Shown here: one piece after another, positions 61,954-64,000 of the stretch | How the letters are laid out: each line of letters starts with the position of its first letter | Position numbering within the stretch: position 1 is the stretch's first letter | Source of the DNA: Vermamoeba vermiformis | Taxonomy: Eukaryota | Assembly: GCA_045837725.1 (NCBI GenBank) | Contig: JBEWZL010000151.1 | Location: 124,001 to 188,000 of the forward strand | Direction: 5' to 3' | Length of the DNA: 64,000 nucleotides | Made by a program: the position numbers and the translations under genes | The notes under the pieces: model-generated | Seen by the model: only the letters and a program-made list of their open reading frames with translations | What the model was told of the DNA's origin: nothing | Database searches by the model: none

Positions 61954-63028
61954 ATGTCTTTGAAGAAGCTTGTTACTGTATTTCTTTTGGTTGGTTTAAT
62001 CTCCGCGGCTTTGGCTCAATCTCAAACGCAATCTCCTCAATCTGACGGCGTCGAGAGAACCTTTGAATTCAGCTATACCTACAACAAAGTTGAAGCGCGT
62101 ATTAGATTACGCGATGGTGATGCTGAAAGCGAACTCCGTCACCAACTCGAGCTCGGCGATTTCGGCGCTGAATTTCGCGTTGAATTTCAACAAAAAGCTG
62201 GCGACACTCAAAACGACCTCCGTATGCGCTTGCGTCTATTTGAATTGATTGAATACATTCCCGATTCAACTCCTGGCTACCAAAACGACACTGTAAGTAT
62301 TATATATTTTTGACTTATTAAGGTTCATTATTAACGTCCTATTGCAGGTCGTTAGATCGTACAACAATTGGAACTGGGTTAATTACATCAATGAAAGACC
62401 TTCTTCCAATGACTCCAGAGTTTACACTATGAAGACTTACGACAACATCTTTGGCCTAACTGTCCGTATTAACAGCCCTACTAACACCGTCGTCAATGTA
62501 AGTCACATTATTAACTCAAACATACGTCTCTAATGCATTTAGGTCAATCCTGAGGACGTCAAATTCGACGTTGAGTTGGACGTTGATGCCATGCGCGCAG
62601 CTGGATGGTTAAATGGCACTGAAGTCGCTTTGAAGGTAGCGCTCGTCTCCACACTTGAGTCCAAGCAAGATGGATCCCAAGACGAGTCTTCGATCACAGT
62701 TGGCTCCACCGCTGCTTTAGAGCAAGGCTCTTTGTTCTTTTCGTGGCTCAACTACGTGCAATGCGACGTCAACAAAGTGTCAGTGGTGTCCTCGCCAATG
62801 CACACCGATGACAGTCAACTTACTTCTGGTGACGAGTCAGGCAGTACTGCAAACGTGGTTGCATTTGCATTTGTTGATTTACAAGATGCATCCAACCGCG
62901 CATGTGTTTGGGATCCAGTAGTCTCGGCTTCTCGCGCAAGTTCTCAACCAACAATTGCCAGCTCTGCAGTCGCGCAAGTAATTTCGTTCGTCGTCTTATT
63001 TGTCGGGGCATTCATCACTTTGTTCTAA
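61954..63028 (+). CDS. Secreted or GPI-anchored hypothetical protein (3 exons)
   Basis: Signal peptide, in-frame splicing, VWDP near the end and a terminal hydrophobic segment. Confidence 0.75.
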
Positions 63029-63149
63029 GCATTTAGCATTCATTAGCGAGCGTAGTAAAATTCTTTCTTTTTTTGTGATTCATGTTTTGTCCCATTCGTT
63101 TCAAAAGCACATATTGCGAACTATTTATACCATAACTACAAGAGAAGCG

Positions 63150-64000
63150 ATGAAACATAGGAGCGCTTTTGCTTGCGTTTTGTTGTTCTCTTCTGTTGCA
63201 TACGGAGCTCTTCAATGGCAGCCAAGCACGCTGTACTTTGAGTTCGATCTACCTCGGAGTACTAATATTACAAAGCAGGTGTACCTCACGAGTAACTCAT
63301 CCTCTGTAGTAAATTATTGGACAATTGACCCCTATTCGTTTTCTGACTGTAAGCGATTAACATTTCCGCAATTTAAATATTTATTGATAAATAATATAAT
63401 TTGTATTAAAATAATACAAACTATTGTGGATTGTCAACATTAACGTTTTTTGAAACGATCTGGCAACTTGTCACCAGATTTGTTGACTAATTGTATCATT
63501 TAATAAAGGTCGCATCCAAGGATTTAGCATTTCGCCTATGGAAGGAGAATTAAGCGTCTTTCTCAATTCACTAATCGTTTTCACGATCGATCCAACTGTT
63601 TATGATCAGACCGCCCAGTGGCCCATTGATGGTAGAATGCAAGCTACTATTTATATCGAAGTCCGCGCTGTCTCAGGTAGCCGTCCTGTTATTGCGGAGA
63701 TTCTCCACATTGTCAACCGAAAAATTGATCCTATTTTTCTAACAAATAATGTTTGTTATATTAGATTGGTGTACATACCACGACCACTCGTATTGTAATA
63801 ACGGCGCTTGCAATAACGTTACGCAAAATTGTGATTGCGAGCCAAATTTCTACGGATCAACTTGTGACACTTATTGCTTGGCCAATACAACTTGTTCAGG
63901 GCGTGGAAGCTGTTCTAACGACGGCTCTTGTGCTTGTAACGCTAATTGGTACGGAAAGGTACGTAATAGTTCGTTGCATACGAAGCTGTTGTTGAACTGA
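63150..64000 (+). CDS. EGF-repeat membrane protein, 5' part (runs off window)
   Basis: Signal peptide MKHRSAFACVLLFSSVAYG, an N-terminal domain like those of the other two EGF genes, then CNNGAC...CDCEPNFYGSTC repeats. Confidence 0.8.

Noticed and set aside
1-64000. Alternative genetic code or stop-codon readthrough to explain fragmented ORFs
   Set aside because: The breaks examined are resolved by GT-AG or GC-AG introns. The single exception (18467) is a frameshift.

Overview
Gene-dense, intron-rich eukaryotic DNA in the standard genetic code, with short spliceosomal introns (donors mostly GTAAGT/GTACGT). The gene content suggests a free-living amoeboid protist; this is inference. About 26 protein-coding genes can be reconstructed by hand. 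Five are tandem paralog sets: Kin1/MARK kinases, F-box-Rho-like fusions, thermolysin-like M4 proteases, PD-(D/E)XK-like proteins and LRR proteins. The rest include an MLO-like protein, a Ppx/GppA phosphatase, an ankyrin protein, a lipase-like/dynamin-like GTPase fusion, head-to-head ribonucleotide reductase small and large subunit genes, a Kelch-repeat receptor tyrosine-kinase-like gene and three EGF-repeat membrane proteins. The most striking feature is three identical tRNA-Gly(UCC) genes, all inside spliceosomal introns. An intron of RNR1 and an intron of the unrelated dynamin-like gene share a ~235-bp cassette that starts exactly at the 5' splice site and carries the tRNA gene. This looks like a tRNA-carrying intron copied between genes. 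Multi-exon gene coordinates are manual reconstructions and give the outer CDS limits.
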